IMG/VR virus record: IMGVR_UViG_3300049793_000366
Location: 62,001-126,000 of that record
Reading direction: 5' to 3' (one strand)
DNA: 64,000 bases
The notes below the pieces were generated by a model. That model did no database searches. It saw only the letters and a program-made list of their open reading frames with translations, and was not told the DNA's origin. Shown one piece after another: positions 9,117 to 18,269 of the stretch; position 1 is the stretch's first letter, and each line of letters begins with the position of its first letter. Both the position numbers and the translations under genes were made by a program.

Positions 9117-10946
9117 TTGACCAGATATATGGAATTAGAAGCTTTAAGAAAAATTATAAAAGAAGCAAATGCCGCTTATAGAAAAGGTAACGCTATCATT
9201 TCGGACGAAGAGTATGATAACTACGTTGAAATGCTTGAAGAACTTTCACCAAATGATGATTTGTTAAATCAAATCGGATTTGAAATAGAGGATGATTCGA
9301 GAAAAGAACGTTTACCTATGCAAATGCGTTCGATGAATAAAGTTAAAACCTATGCTGAATTACACAGATGGTTGGAACTGAAGGGTATACCAAAAACTAC
9401 TGAGTTAGTAATTACACCAAAATATGATGGTATCTCATTTTGCGTAGAAGAAGATGTTAAAAAAGCATGGACAAGAGGTGATGGTGTGTTTGGTCAACGT
9501 TCTGATGAACATTACAAAACCATTGGTAACTCAAGTGATACACTTAAGCATTTAACATTTGGTGAGGTAATGATGCCTCGTGGTGTATTCGCGCAAAAAT
9601 ACAGCACTGATTTCAAGAATCCTCGAAATATGGTAGCTGGTCAAATCAATAATAAAGAGCCACAAAAAACATTAGCTGATTTAGTTTACATAAGATATGG
9701 TATTGGAAATAGTGAGTTTCCGACCAAATCAGCACAATTGGAATTCTTAAACAAAAACCAGGGCATCACTGTACCATTTTTCATTACAACTATCGATAAA
9801 CTATCAGAAGATAGTCTATTAGACCTATTCAATAAATTAAACACTGAGTTTGAGCTTGATGGTTTAATCATTGAAGTAAATGATGAATCACTGAGAACTA
9901 AACTTGGTCGCGAAACATCTACTGGAAATCCTTGTTTTGCTCGTGCTTATAAAGGTGCGTTTGAACAAGTAGAAGAAACAGAGGTTATTGGTATTTCTTG
10001 GAATATTTCTAAGCAAGGGTTATTGAAACCAATTCTTCACATCAAACCTATTCAGTTAGATGGTGTAACTGTGTCGAATGTTACCGGGAACAATGCTAAG
10101 TTTGTTAAAGACAATGGTATTGGTATTGGCTCTATGGTTAAAGTTAAGCGTTCTGGTATGGTTATCCCTTTAATCGTAGCTGTAACAAAAACAGTTGAGT
10201 TTCAAACACCAACTATCGAAGGTGTTGAAGTAGTGTGGAATGAAGCCGGTATTGAATTAATGACATTAACTGAAACTGATGAACAACGATTCAAACAGCT
10301 TGTTTCCTTCTTTGAAATTTTAGAAGTTGAGAACGTATCAGAAGGTATCATTAAGCAACTTTGGGAAGCAGGCTACACAAATGTAGCTGATATACTTAAA
10401 CTACAAGCATCGCAACTAAATACCTTAGAAGGTTTTGGTAAAAGAAAAGCTGAGATAGTTTACAACGCTATTCACGATAAAATGAAGAATGTTGAATTGT
10501 CTAAGTTACAACACGCTACTGGATTCTTTAAAGGATTGGGTTCTAAGAAATTAGCTCTACTTGAGCATTTCGAATCAAAACCATCAGTAAATGATATCGT
10601 TTCAATTGAAGGTTTCGCTGAGACATCAGCATTGTCTTACTTAGAGGGATTGGATAAATTTCATGAGTTTGTGAAAGACTTACCTATAACATTGAAGAAG
10701 ACTACCAAAGTAGAATCATTATCAAGTGAGCTATCTGGTCAGCAGTTTGTATTCACTGGTGTAAGAAGAGCAGACTTAGAAGTTGTAATCGCTGAAAAGG
10801 GTGGTGTTGTTGGTTCTGGTGTATCTAAAAGAACTACATACTTAGTAATGAAAGAAGTTGGCTCTGGTTCATCTAAAGAACAGAAAGCTCTTGAATTGGG
10901 TGTTAAAGTTATCACCGTTCAACAGCTTGAGTCGATGCTATCGTAA
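9117..10946 (+). CDS. ligA: NAD-dependent DNA ligase
   Basis: ISDEEYD domain Ia, KYDG adenylation motif, TRGDG, DGLII, OB fold, HhH (EGFGKRKA) and C-terminal BRCT (FVFTG...SKRTTYLV). Start may be the ATG at 9129. Confidence 0.95.
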   Translation: MTRYMELEALRKIIKEANAAYRKGNAIISDEEYDNYVEMLEELSPNDDLLNQIGFEIEDDSRKERLPMQMRSMNKVKTYAELHRWLELKGIPKTTELVITPKYDGISFCVEEDVKKAWTRGDGVFGQRSDEHYKTIGNSSDTLKHLTFGEVMMPRGVFAQKYSTDFKNPRNMVAGQINNKEPQKTLADLVYIRYGIGNSEFPTKSAQLEFLNKNQGITVPFFITTIDKLSEDSLLDLFNKLNTEFELDGLIIEVNDESLRTKLGRETSTGNPCFARAYKGAFEQVEETEVIGISWNISKQGLLKPILHIKPIQLDGVTVSNVTGNNAKFVKDNGIGIGSMVKVKRSGMVIPLIVAVTKTVEFQTPTIEGVEVVWNEAGIELMTLTETDEQRFKQLVSFFEILEVENVSEGIIKQLWEAGYTNVADILKLQASQLNTLEGFGKRKAEIVYNAIHDKMKNVELSKLQHATGFFKGLGSKKLALLEHFESKPSVNDIVSIEGFAETSALSYLEGLDKFHEFVKDLPITLKKTTKVESLSSELSGQQFVFTGVRRADLEVVIAEKGGVVGSGVSKRTTYLVMKEVGSGSSKEQKALELGVKVITVQQLESMLS

Positions 10947-10966
10947 TAACAACAAATTTTTATCTT

Positions 10967-11236
10967 ATGGAAAAGAACTGTTCTATTTGTGGGAATCCTA
11001 TCCCAGAAGGAAGGCTTAAGGCTATGCCCAATGCTAAAACTTGTGTTAAATGTTCTGATACTGATAAAGTATATGGACATAATATGATTACTGGTAAAAA
11101 TACCTACTCAGAGCTTCAAATTGTTGATGCTGAAACTTCTCGTAGATTGAGAGCATTAGAGAACAGGGCTGGGTATGGTGTATCGAATGGTGTTAAATTT
11201 GATTCGGATAAAACAAAAGAATCAGGCGAAGAGTAG
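10967..11236 (+). CDS. TraR/DksA-type C4 zinc-finger protein
   Basis: CSICGNPIPEGRLKAMPNAKTCVKC matches the DksA/TraR zinc-finger pattern. Confidence 0.8.
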   Translation: MEKNCSICGNPIPEGRLKAMPNAKTCVKCSDTDKVYGHNMITGKNTYSELQIVDAETSRRLRALENRAGYGVSNGVKFDSDKTKESGEE

Positions 11237-11269
11237 TAAACTTTTCGTGTTTTTGAATAATAAAACAGA

Positions 11270-12256
11270 ATGAAAGAATTTATTGAGAAAATAAATGAGC
11301 AAATTGTAGAAGCAGTTGATATTGCGAATACTTCTAATTTTAAGAAATATTCAAAGATATCAGAGGTTTTGATTTGTGGTGTGGGTGGCTCTGGTATCTC
11401 AGGTACTATCGTAGCAAATATATTCAAAGACGAATGTAAAGTTCCTATATTCGTGAATAAGTCGTATAATATACCAAAATGGGTCAATAAGAACACGTTG
11501 ACAATTATATCATCATATTCAGGTACAACAGAAGAAACGGTTTCTTGTCTTAACCAAGCACTAAAAGCTAATACACAGATATTGTGCATAGCTACTGGTG
11601 GAACTGTTATAGAAGAAGCTAAGGATAAGAACCTCGACTATATTATTATACCATCTGGTTATCAACCAAGAGCGGCTTTAATTTATTCACTGATTCAAAT
11701 AATTAACGTATTGAGTAGTCAGGGATTTATTTCTGATAAAACAAACGAAATTAAAAACGCATCTGAGATACTTAAGTCAGAATCATGTGATGCTGTTGAA
11801 TACGCCAGACATATCGCTAAATTTATGGTGGGTTCAATTCCTATTATATACTCCGATGATATCTACGAAGGTATTGCAATAAGATTCAGGCAACAGTTGA
11901 ATGAGAATGCTAAGATGATTGCTTTCTCTTCAACATTACCAGAAATGAACCATAACGAATTAGTGGCTTTATTTGGACAATCATCCAATAGTAAAAACTA
12001 TCGTTGTATCTTCATAAATACTGGTCACGACCATGTAGAAATGCGTAAGAGATACGACTTCTTAAAGATAACTCTTGATAAGAGAGGTATACAGTGGTTG
12101 GATATCATCACACAAGGAAATACACCTCTCGAAAAAGCTTTATATACAATCCATTTAGCTGATTGGATATCTTATTACCTTTCTATTGAGAACGATGTAG
12201 ATCCGTTTGATGTTGGTATCATTGGTGCCTTAAAAGACTTCATTAAGCGCGATTAA
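11270..12256 (+). CDS. Bifunctional phosphoglucose/phosphomannose isomerase (double SIS domain)
   Basis: ICGVGGSGISG, SYSGTTEET, GYQPRAA, RFRQQLNENAK and LPEMNHNE motifs of the PGI/PMI family. Confidence 0.88.
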   Translation: MKEFIEKINEQIVEAVDIANTSNFKKYSKISEVLICGVGGSGISGTIVANIFKDECKVPIFVNKSYNIPKWVNKNTLTIISSYSGTTEETVSCLNQALKANTQILCIATGGTVIEEAKDKNLDYIIIPSGYQPRAALIYSLIQIINVLSSQGFISDKTNEIKNASEILKSESCDAVEYARHIAKFMVGSIPIIYSDDIYEGIAIRFRQQLNENAKMIAFSSTLPEMNHNELVALFGQSSNSKNYRCIFINTGHDHVEMRKRYDFLKITLDKRGIQWLDIITQGNTPLEKALYTIHLADWISYYLSIENDVDPFDVGIIGALKDFIKRD

Positions 12257-14424
12257 AGTCTCTTTCCAAAAATATCGATATTATTACCTCTCTGTTGATT
12301 CTTATATTGGTTCATAAACTTTCTGTTTCTATTAACAGATAACATAGCACCATAATCAGTTCCTTCGCTATAATCAACATTCTTTAATTTCTCATTGATG
12401 AATGTTGCTAATTCTTTTGGTATACCTCTGGTAACCATCTGTTCACATAAATCTTTGAAGAATATTTTCTTGAATACTGTCGCGGCACTAACTAATGTCA
12501 TAACAGTATCATCATTACCAGTATCAGCTTGATATCTAACGTTACCAGCAGTTGTTATAGTCTTAATAAAGGTCGTAATCTCATGTATATTCTCAGCATT
12601 ATTAACCTGTATATCACCTCTTTGCATAGCATCTTGGTAATCTTTAATTAATAGATTTTTATTATCATTGATTTTAAGACCTATCTTCTCTTCAGTAGCA
12701 TCCGCGCGATGTTTATATCTAACGAATACACCAGAGCCATAATCATTATTACCATCAAATACCTGTGGCATATGTGCTAATAATTCAGAGCCATATGTAT
12801 TTAATTCTAATACAATCTTAACCTTGTCACCATTGAAATATTCAAAGGCAATTAAATAAAGTAACTCAGCTAATTGCTTAACTGATACAATATTGGATCT
12901 AAATAATCCAATTTGAGTCAATGTAAAGAAATCAGCAGTATTATTATACGTGTGATGTTGTAACTCTATTTTCTCCTTAGACTTAGGCATGAGTCGGAAT
13001 ATATTTAAAATAGAGTAATCCTGACCCAATCCCTCTGCTATATCTACCGATATAACAACATCATATGTTTTCCTTGCAATTGGCGCGAATAGATTAGGGT
13101 CGTCAATCCATTTCAAGTTTTGATATGACCATCTTAATTTTCTATCAAACTCATGTATTTGTTCAAATACATACTCTTTTTTACTCTTAAGTAACTCATC
13201 TATTATTTTCTCATCAAATAATGATTTAGATGCGTTTACGAAACGTAAGTCGTACTCTTGATTGAAAGCCTCTTCACCACCAATATCTTTGATGGCTTCT
13301 TCTTTCCATGATGTAACCTCACATAATTCAACGATAGGTACTTCGAGACCTAATCTATTAATAAACGTAATAGCTCTAACATCATCAGTAGAACATCTAT
13401 CACTGTTTTGTATGTGTATAACATCTTTATTTGTATTGTAGTCAAACTGTTCTGTTATTTGGTCAATTGCTAAACCACCCCAATCAAAGGTGTCTCGTAA
13501 TCTTGCTACGATATCATCCTTAGATATACCGTGTTCGTGTAATAGACCTTCATCAATACGTAGATATGTAACGAATCGATTTGGTACTTGCCACCAATAC
13601 ACACGCATGGCTTTATAGTTATTCTTAAGCTTATCACCTTCTGGTCTCTCAGCAGCTGCTAATAGCTTATAGAACATATTCATACCGTTAGGTGTTGATG
13701 TAATAATAATCTTAGAGTTACTAATCGCAGAAACCGTTGGGAATGCGGCAGTATAGTATGGTTCAATAATATTAGATGGAATGTGAGCAAACTCATCCAT
13801 GTATAAGAAGTCAATAGTAAAACCGATTGCTGGTGTCTTAGAACGAGCAGATGTTTTGATACGACATCCATTTTCGAAAATAAGTGACTTTTGATTCCAG
13901 TTCTTAACACCCTTTTGTAAAAAGAATGGCATCAATCTATAAATTGATTTAATCTTATCAACAATCTCTACTGCTGTATCACCTTTATTGGCGATAATCA
14001 TCACGTTTTTATCATTATTGAATAGTACGAAGTGTAGAATAGCAATCGCGGCTGATACAGTCTTACCAACCTGACGAGATGCCATTAAGATACTGAATCT
14101 ATTTTTTGTATATAAATCTAATATATCTTTTTGGTAATCACGTAGCTTCATTTGACCTACGGTACCATCCTCTCGTTTAATCTTACAGTATTTCTCAGAG
14201 AAGTAATGAATATCAAGTTTGCATTTAATGTATTCTTGGATTTCATCCTCTGTCATTGAATATACGCAACCCGCTCGTCTAACACCTATCTCACCACTGA
14301 ACCATGGGTTCATGAATCTCTTTATAGCATAACCGTCATTAATCTTGGCTGTTACGTCTACTACATTCTCGGCATTAAATATAAATTGTTTATCTGGGGT
14401 TGGCTTTTTTGTTTTAGTAGCCAT
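12253..14424 (-). CDS. gp17: Terminase large subunit
   Basis: LRDYQ, ASRQVGKT Walker A, LYMDEFAH Walker B, IITSTPNG, FNQEY, nuclease motifs SVDIAEG and NDDTVM. Confidence 0.95.
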   Translation of the reverse strand: MATKTKKPTPDKQFIFNAENVVDVTAKINDGYAIKRFMNPWFSGEIGVRRAGCVYSMTEDEIQEYIKCKLDIHYFSEKYCKIKREDGTVGQMKLRDYQKDILDLYTKNRFSILMASRQVGKTVSAAIAILHFVLFNNDKNVMIIANKGDTAVEIVDKIKSIYRLMPFFLQKGVKNWNQKSLIFENGCRIKTSARSKTPAIGFTIDFLYMDEFAHIPSNIIEPYYTAAFPTVSAISNSKIIITSTPNGMNMFYKLLAAAERPEGDKLKNNYKAMRVYWWQVPNRFVTYLRIDEGLLHEHGISKDDIVARLRDTFDWGGLAIDQITEQFDYNTNKDVIHIQNSDRCSTDDVRAITFINRLGLEVPIVELCEVTSWKEEAIKDIGGEEAFNQEYDLRFVNASKSLFDEKIIDELLKSKKEYVFEQIHEFDRKLRWSYQNLKWIDDPNLFAPIARKTYDVVISVDIAEGLGQDYSILNIFRLMPKSKEKIELQHHTYNNTADFFTLTQIGLFRSNIVSVKQLAELLYLIAFEYFNGDKVKIVLELNTYGSELLAHMPQVFDGNNDYGSGVFVRYKHRADATEEKIGLKINDNKNLLIKDYQDAMQRGDIQVNNAENIHEITTFIKTITTAGNVRYQADTGNDDTVMTLVSAATVFKKIFFKDLCEQMVTRGIPKELATFINEKLKNVDYSEGTDYGAMLSVNRNRKFMNQYKNQQRGNNIDIFGKRL

Positions 14425-14458
14425 ATATGTTCATTTTTTTAAGTAAAAAGCATTTCTT

Positions 14459-14468
14459 TATATATATT
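14459..14468. promoter_or_regulatory. Candidate bidirectional late promoter between terL and the terS-like gene
   Basis: TATATATATT sits in the 62-nt gap between the divergent starts at 14424 (-) and 14487 (+). Confidence 0.55.
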
Positions 14469-14486
14469 GAAAAAATAACTCTTACT

Positions 14487-15110
14487 ATGTCAAAGAAAGA
14501 AGAGAAAATAAACGAATTACAATCGGAGTTTGACTCCATACAAAATAATCCAGCCCAAACACCGGCGTTTGATCCAAACAATCATTTAGCTAATACTGAG
14601 GATATGCCAGACTTTGGTGAGCTTGAGATATATAATTATAACAATGATTTAGCCGAAGTGAGAGATGAAGCTACCGAGATTATGGACCATTTGGTCGATT
14701 TATATCTTGGTGATGCTCCTAAAATCACCAAACATCCGTACATTGTGCGAAAGATGAACGAAGATGCGAGAATATATGCTCGTTCATTATTCTTAGAGAG
14801 AATGTCTGAGAAGCTATTAATTCAGCAATTTAAACAAGTTGACCAGGGAGATAACTCAGCACGTATGCACGAGGTTATTAATCAAACAATGCGTGAGATG
14901 CGTGAAATTAACACAGATGGTCGTAAATCCAGAACTGAGATTGAAAAGTTATATAAAGAAATGAGAGATGATTTTGGATTGAATAATCTTTCTGATGCAA
15001 CTCCAATGTCAGAAGCTCCTGCTGAGGGTGCTACCGAAATAGGTAAGGTTGTAGATACCAGAGAGTTGAACGATGCAATTGATAAATACATACAACAGAA
15101 GAAAACTTAA
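14487..15110 (+). CDS. Putative terminase small subunit
   Basis: Helical protein with SARMHEVINQTMREMREIN, resembling the PRxYEV helix of T4 gp16-like proteins; adjacent to terL. Probable start MSKKEE. Confidence 0.5.
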   Translation: MSKKEEKINELQSEFDSIQNNPAQTPAFDPNNHLANTEDMPDFGELEIYNYNNDLAEVRDEATEIMDHLVDLYLGDAPKITKHPYIVRKMNEDARIYARSLFLERMSEKLLIQQFKQVDQGDNSARMHEVINQTMREMREINTDGRKSRTEIEKLYKEMRDDFGLNNLSDATPMSEAPAEGATEIGKVVDTRELNDAIDKYIQQKKT

Positions 15111-15219
15111 TTTCGGAAACGAATATATATCACACAAAAATTTTATATTGATTTAGATTAAAATGATGAAACCTTTTCTGAAAACTCAATATAACACAGT
15201 CTTGAAAAATTCCAATTTA

Positions 15220-15280
15220 AATAAAAAAGTCAGTTATAGATTACTATACGGTAGTGAGTCTATTAGCTGACTTTTTTATT
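15220..15280. repeat. Long imperfect inverted repeat (terminator-like or structured RNA)
   Basis: AATAAAAAAGTCAG / CTGACTTTTTTATT 14-bp perfect arms, plus inner pairings ATAGATT/AGTCTAT and ACTA/TAGT. Confidence 0.7.
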
Positions 15281-15304
15281 ATACAAACTAAAATTAATAG
15301 AGAA

Positions 15305-15544
15305 ATGGGAAAACAACCACTTATTGAAGAAATCTACGATAGAACCAAAGAATTAACTGGTTTTAAGATGATTAAAAACAAATCCATATATGACTTAATA
15401 ATGGAATTGAATCATTTAAATGAAATAAGTGACCTTACTATTAAAAGGAATAAGTACAATGGCGCATTGGTTAACGGTGTAAATTTTGAAATATCAGTTA
15501 AAAAGAATACAATATATTACGACTTAAATTTAAAACTATCATAA
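15305..15544 (+). CDS. Hypothetical protein
   Basis: Probable start MGKQPLIEE; contiguous with the next ORF. Confidence 0.5.
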   Translation: MGKQPLIEEIYDRTKELTGFKMIKNKSIYDLIMELNHLNEISDLTIKRNKYNGALVNGVNFEISVKKNTIYYDLNLKLS

Positions 15545-15754
15545 ATGGACAATAACAATAAAATATCAGTTATCAAACAAGAACGCAAAATTACCTGGAC
15601 AGAGACTAAAGAAACAGTAGAAGCGGTTATTAAATCACACGACATTGTAATATCAAAGAAGGATTTCACAATCTGGATGGGTAAACTCCCACTTAAGGGT
15701 TCGAAATCAATGGAAGAAGCAAAGGCAAAAGCGATTAGCCTTTTGGTTGATTAA
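15545..15754 (+). CDS. Hypothetical protein
   Basis: 69-aa ORF starting immediately after the previous stop. Confidence 0.5.
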   Translation: MDNNNKISVIKQERKITWTETKETVEAVIKSHDIVISKKDFTIWMGKLPLKGSKSMEEAKAKAISLLVD

Positions 15755-16601
15755 TAGATTTGCGAAAAGATTCGTAAGTTTTAATCAATTTCTCTTCAAG
15801 TTTTAATTCTACTTTATTGGAAATGAATTTCATAATTTTATTAGAAGTAACTTGTACTATATGTGCAATTGGTTTACTTTTAATAGAATCTTGAACTTTA
15901 AGCTTAACACCTTCGTCTTTTGTATTGTCAACTAATACATCAATAACTTTATTGATAGATTTACCCAATGCGATAGCTTTAGTTGAATCATCATAGAAAT
16001 ATACCTCTTCATATTTAGTTATTTCTTCTGCACTGAATCCTTTATTCTCTGTTCTCAGACCTATTAGGTGCTGTACCACGAGTTTAATCTTATTATATGC
16101 GATATCATCATCGGATTGATTATAGAACCTTTCATTTATGTGATAGAATGCTTTAATCTGTACACCTATCTCGGCAAGTTTTTCTTGAAGAGTTTTAAGA
16201 AATTTCTCATACTTAACTCTATCTTTTTTAGAGCAGATGATATATATGTCGTCTGGTGAGTTTTTTAAATGGTCGATATTCTCTACTAATATAGAGAACT
16301 CCAAGTTGTCAATAACGTCTTTATTTAAAAACTCCTGTAATGATAAACCTAAGTTAGACATCTTAGATTCGATGTTCTTAACTTTAACTTTTAGTTTTTC
16401 AACTAATTCATTTGGTAACCAATAAGTAGTACCATTGAATTTTATTTCATTTCCGTGTGAGCGAAATATTCCGGATTGATATACACTTAAGTCAGATGTT
16501 TCTATCTTAAGCAAAGGAATACTAGGCTTGGTTTTATCTATTACCCAAACTTGCTGTTTTACCTTTATTACTGTATCAATATTAAATATGTGTGCTTTCA
16601 T
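15735..16601 (-). CDS. HAD-fold-like protein with degenerate motif I
   Basis: IFNIDTV in place of FDxDxT; motif IV-like YFYDDS. Confidence 0.45.
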   Translation of the reverse strand: MKAHIFNIDTVIKVKQQVWVIDKTKPSIPLLKIETSDLSVYQSGIFRSHGNEIKFNGTTYWLPNELVEKLKVKVKNIESKMSNLGLSLQEFLNKDVIDNLEFSILVENIDHLKNSPDDIYIICSKKDRVKYEKFLKTLQEKLAEIGVQIKAFYHINERFYNQSDDDIAYNKIKLVVQHLIGLRTENKGFSAEEITKYEEVYFYDDSTKAIALGKSINKVIDVLVDNTKDEGVKLKVQDSIKSKPIAHIVQVTSNKIMKFISNKVELKLEEKLIKTYESFRKSINQPKG

Positions 16602-16608
16602 TAAATGA

Positions 16609-16860
16609 TTACTTTTCTTTCTTAACTATCTCTAATTCTTCTTCAAGAGATTTCAATTTGTCATTTATTTCATCTAATGAAATTTCTGACCATTTTCTAG
16701 TAGTCATGTTATAGTAACCAACTAATGTGTTCACGCAATTAGCATCATCAGATCCGTTTTTTAAAAACTTAGTAGATTTTAGTCTTTTTAAGACAGCAAT
16801 TTGTGATTCAATGCAATCAACTGATTCATTTATCTGTTGTGAGTTCTTTAAGTATTTCAT
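16609..16860 (-). CDS. Small protein with capsid-targeting-like leader
   Basis: MKYLKNSQQINES. Confidence 0.55.
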   Translation of the reverse strand: MKYLKNSQQINESVDCIESQIAVLKRLKSTKFLKNGSDDANCVNTLVGYYNMTTRKWSEISLDEINDKLKSLEEELEIVKKEK

Positions 16861-17081
16861 TACCTATCATATTTTTTTACACGGATATCTTCTCTATGAG
16901 GCATACCGTCAAATCTTTCACCCGCATATTCTTTATTCTCTACGAATGATACACCACCTGATAACTCGTTATTAAACGAATCACATTTCGGGCAAGTGGT
17001 AACTGGGTTATTTTCATCATATTTCTCGTCTGGTATAATGAATGTTCCTTTACACCAGAAGTTTTTACATACTATTCTCAT
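16860..17081 (-). CDS. Zinc-ribbon protein
   Basis: CKNFWC...CPKC; TATATATA at 17086-17093 upstream. Confidence 0.6.
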   Translation of the reverse strand: MRIVCKNFWCKGTFIIPDEKYDENNPVTTCPKCDSFNNELSGGVSFVENKEYAGERFDGMPHREDIRVKKYDR

Positions 17082-17222
17082 ACTCTATATATAAAATTCA
17101 TAACTCACTTAATAAGAGAATAATTAATATATCATGATGTTGTATTTTTAAGAAATTTTCAAGATTGTGTTTTTAGTCAGTAAAAAAAAGGAATATATAA
17201 CTAACCAAATACAATTTTTGTA

Positions 17223-17558
17223 ATGAGATATAAGAGTCTAATTTATAGTTCTCAAAAGTTCACACGAGAACTTGAAATCAATAAAATACTTATAGATAAC
17301 AATCTTGAGTGGCTTGATGATGCTGAATTCGAAAATGCTGAGATTGAAGTAGTAAACAATACTTTGATATGGCATAACGGAGAATGGTACTCAGGCGACT
17401 TTAACTATGGTATTTGGTTAAACGGTAAATTTTATGGAGGAACATTTATTAATGGAATATGGCAAAATGGCGAATTTCACGGCGGAACATTTGAAAGCGG
17501 CTTATGGAAAAACGGAAAGTTTATTGGAGGTGTCAATAGGCTGACCGATAAAAAATAA
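17223..17558 (+). CDS. Protein with 5-residue xGx(W/F)x repeats (beta-solenoid-like)
   Basis: NGEWY SGDFN YGIWL NGKFY GGTFI NGIWQ NGEFH GGTFE SGLWK NGKFI; AATATATA at 17192-17199. Confidence 0.7.
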   Translation: MRYKSLIYSSQKFTRELEINKILIDNNLEWLDDAEFENAEIEVVNNTLIWHNGEWYSGDFNYGIWLNGKFYGGTFINGIWQNGEFHGGTFESGLWKNGKFIGGVNRLTDKK

Positions 17559-17565
17559 AACACAC

Positions 17566-18039
17566 ATGATGAAAAAGAAAAAAGTAGCTGTTAAAGTTAA
17601 AGAAAGAAATCTTGACTTTACAATTTATACTAACGGCTTAGATGTGGAAATAGTAAGAGACTTAAAAGGCAATTTATACTTCAAAGTAGGAAAAGAATTA
17701 TCAAGCGATGTTGCTGAGGGCGTTGCCCTTCTTATGAGACATAAGAAATCTTTAAACGATAAAGAATTATGGGCAATAGATGTTAAAGATAATGGGTACA
17801 ACACATACCCAGAGAAAGCTCTTTACTGGTTAAGCGGTGGTGACACTGAATGGAACCTAAGAGATAACTACAAAAAAACATGGGGTGAATCTTACTGTCT
17901 TTTTCAAGAACAATTCGGGTTAACTATCTGTGATATTATAAACGAATCAAAAACCTTAGGAGAGGTTAAAACAAAATTTCAAAAACAACTCAACATATTA
18001 AATCTATATGAATTCGCCCTTGATAAGGGAATAGCATAA
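17566..18039 (+). CDS. Hypothetical protein
   Basis: 157-aa ORF followed by a terminator. Confidence 0.6.
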   Translation: MMKKKKVAVKVKERNLDFTIYTNGLDVEIVRDLKGNLYFKVGKELSSDVAEGVALLMRHKKSLNDKELWAIDVKDNGYNTYPEKALYWLSGGDTEWNLRDNYKKTWGESYCLFQEQFGLTICDIINESKTLGEVKTKFQKQLNILNLYEFALDKGIA

Positions 18040-18043
18040 AAAC

Positions 18044-18079
18044 AAAAAACCCTCACTATTAATTTAGTGAGGGTTTTTT
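18044..18079. terminator. Bidirectional intrinsic terminator
   Basis: AAAAAACCCTCACTA-N6-TAGTGAGGGTTTTTT between convergent genes. Confidence 0.85.
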
Positions 18080-18080
18080 A

Positions 18081-18269
18081 TTATATTATGGGTAAGCTTT
18101 GGACGAATATGAAGAACTCTTCATTTTTCTTACAAGTATCGATGAATTCTTCTTTATTTTTGAGAGCATCTATCGCTCTTTTCTTCCAGAGCGGATCTGT
18201 GTGATTCCTTTCAAAACTTTCAATTAGCGTTTTGCGCCAGTTGTCATAAAGACTATCAAAATCTATCAT
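18081..18269 (-). CDS. Hypothetical protein
   Basis: 62-aa ORF coupled to the upstream gene by an ATGA overlap. Confidence 0.5.
   Translation of the reverse strand: MIDFDSLYDNWRKTLIESFERNHTDPLWKKRAIDALKNKEEFIDTCKKNEEFFIFVQSLPII

Noticed and set aside
11238-11265. Middle promoter before the PGI/PMI gene (also a similar site at 52779-52806)
   Set aside because: AAACTT is present, but the AT-rich -10-like hexamer lies 10-12 nt away rather than 15-16 nt.
13309-13581. Intein in TerL
   Set aside because: No Cys/Ser start, no His-Asn end before Cys/Ser/Thr, and no recognisable splicing blocks.
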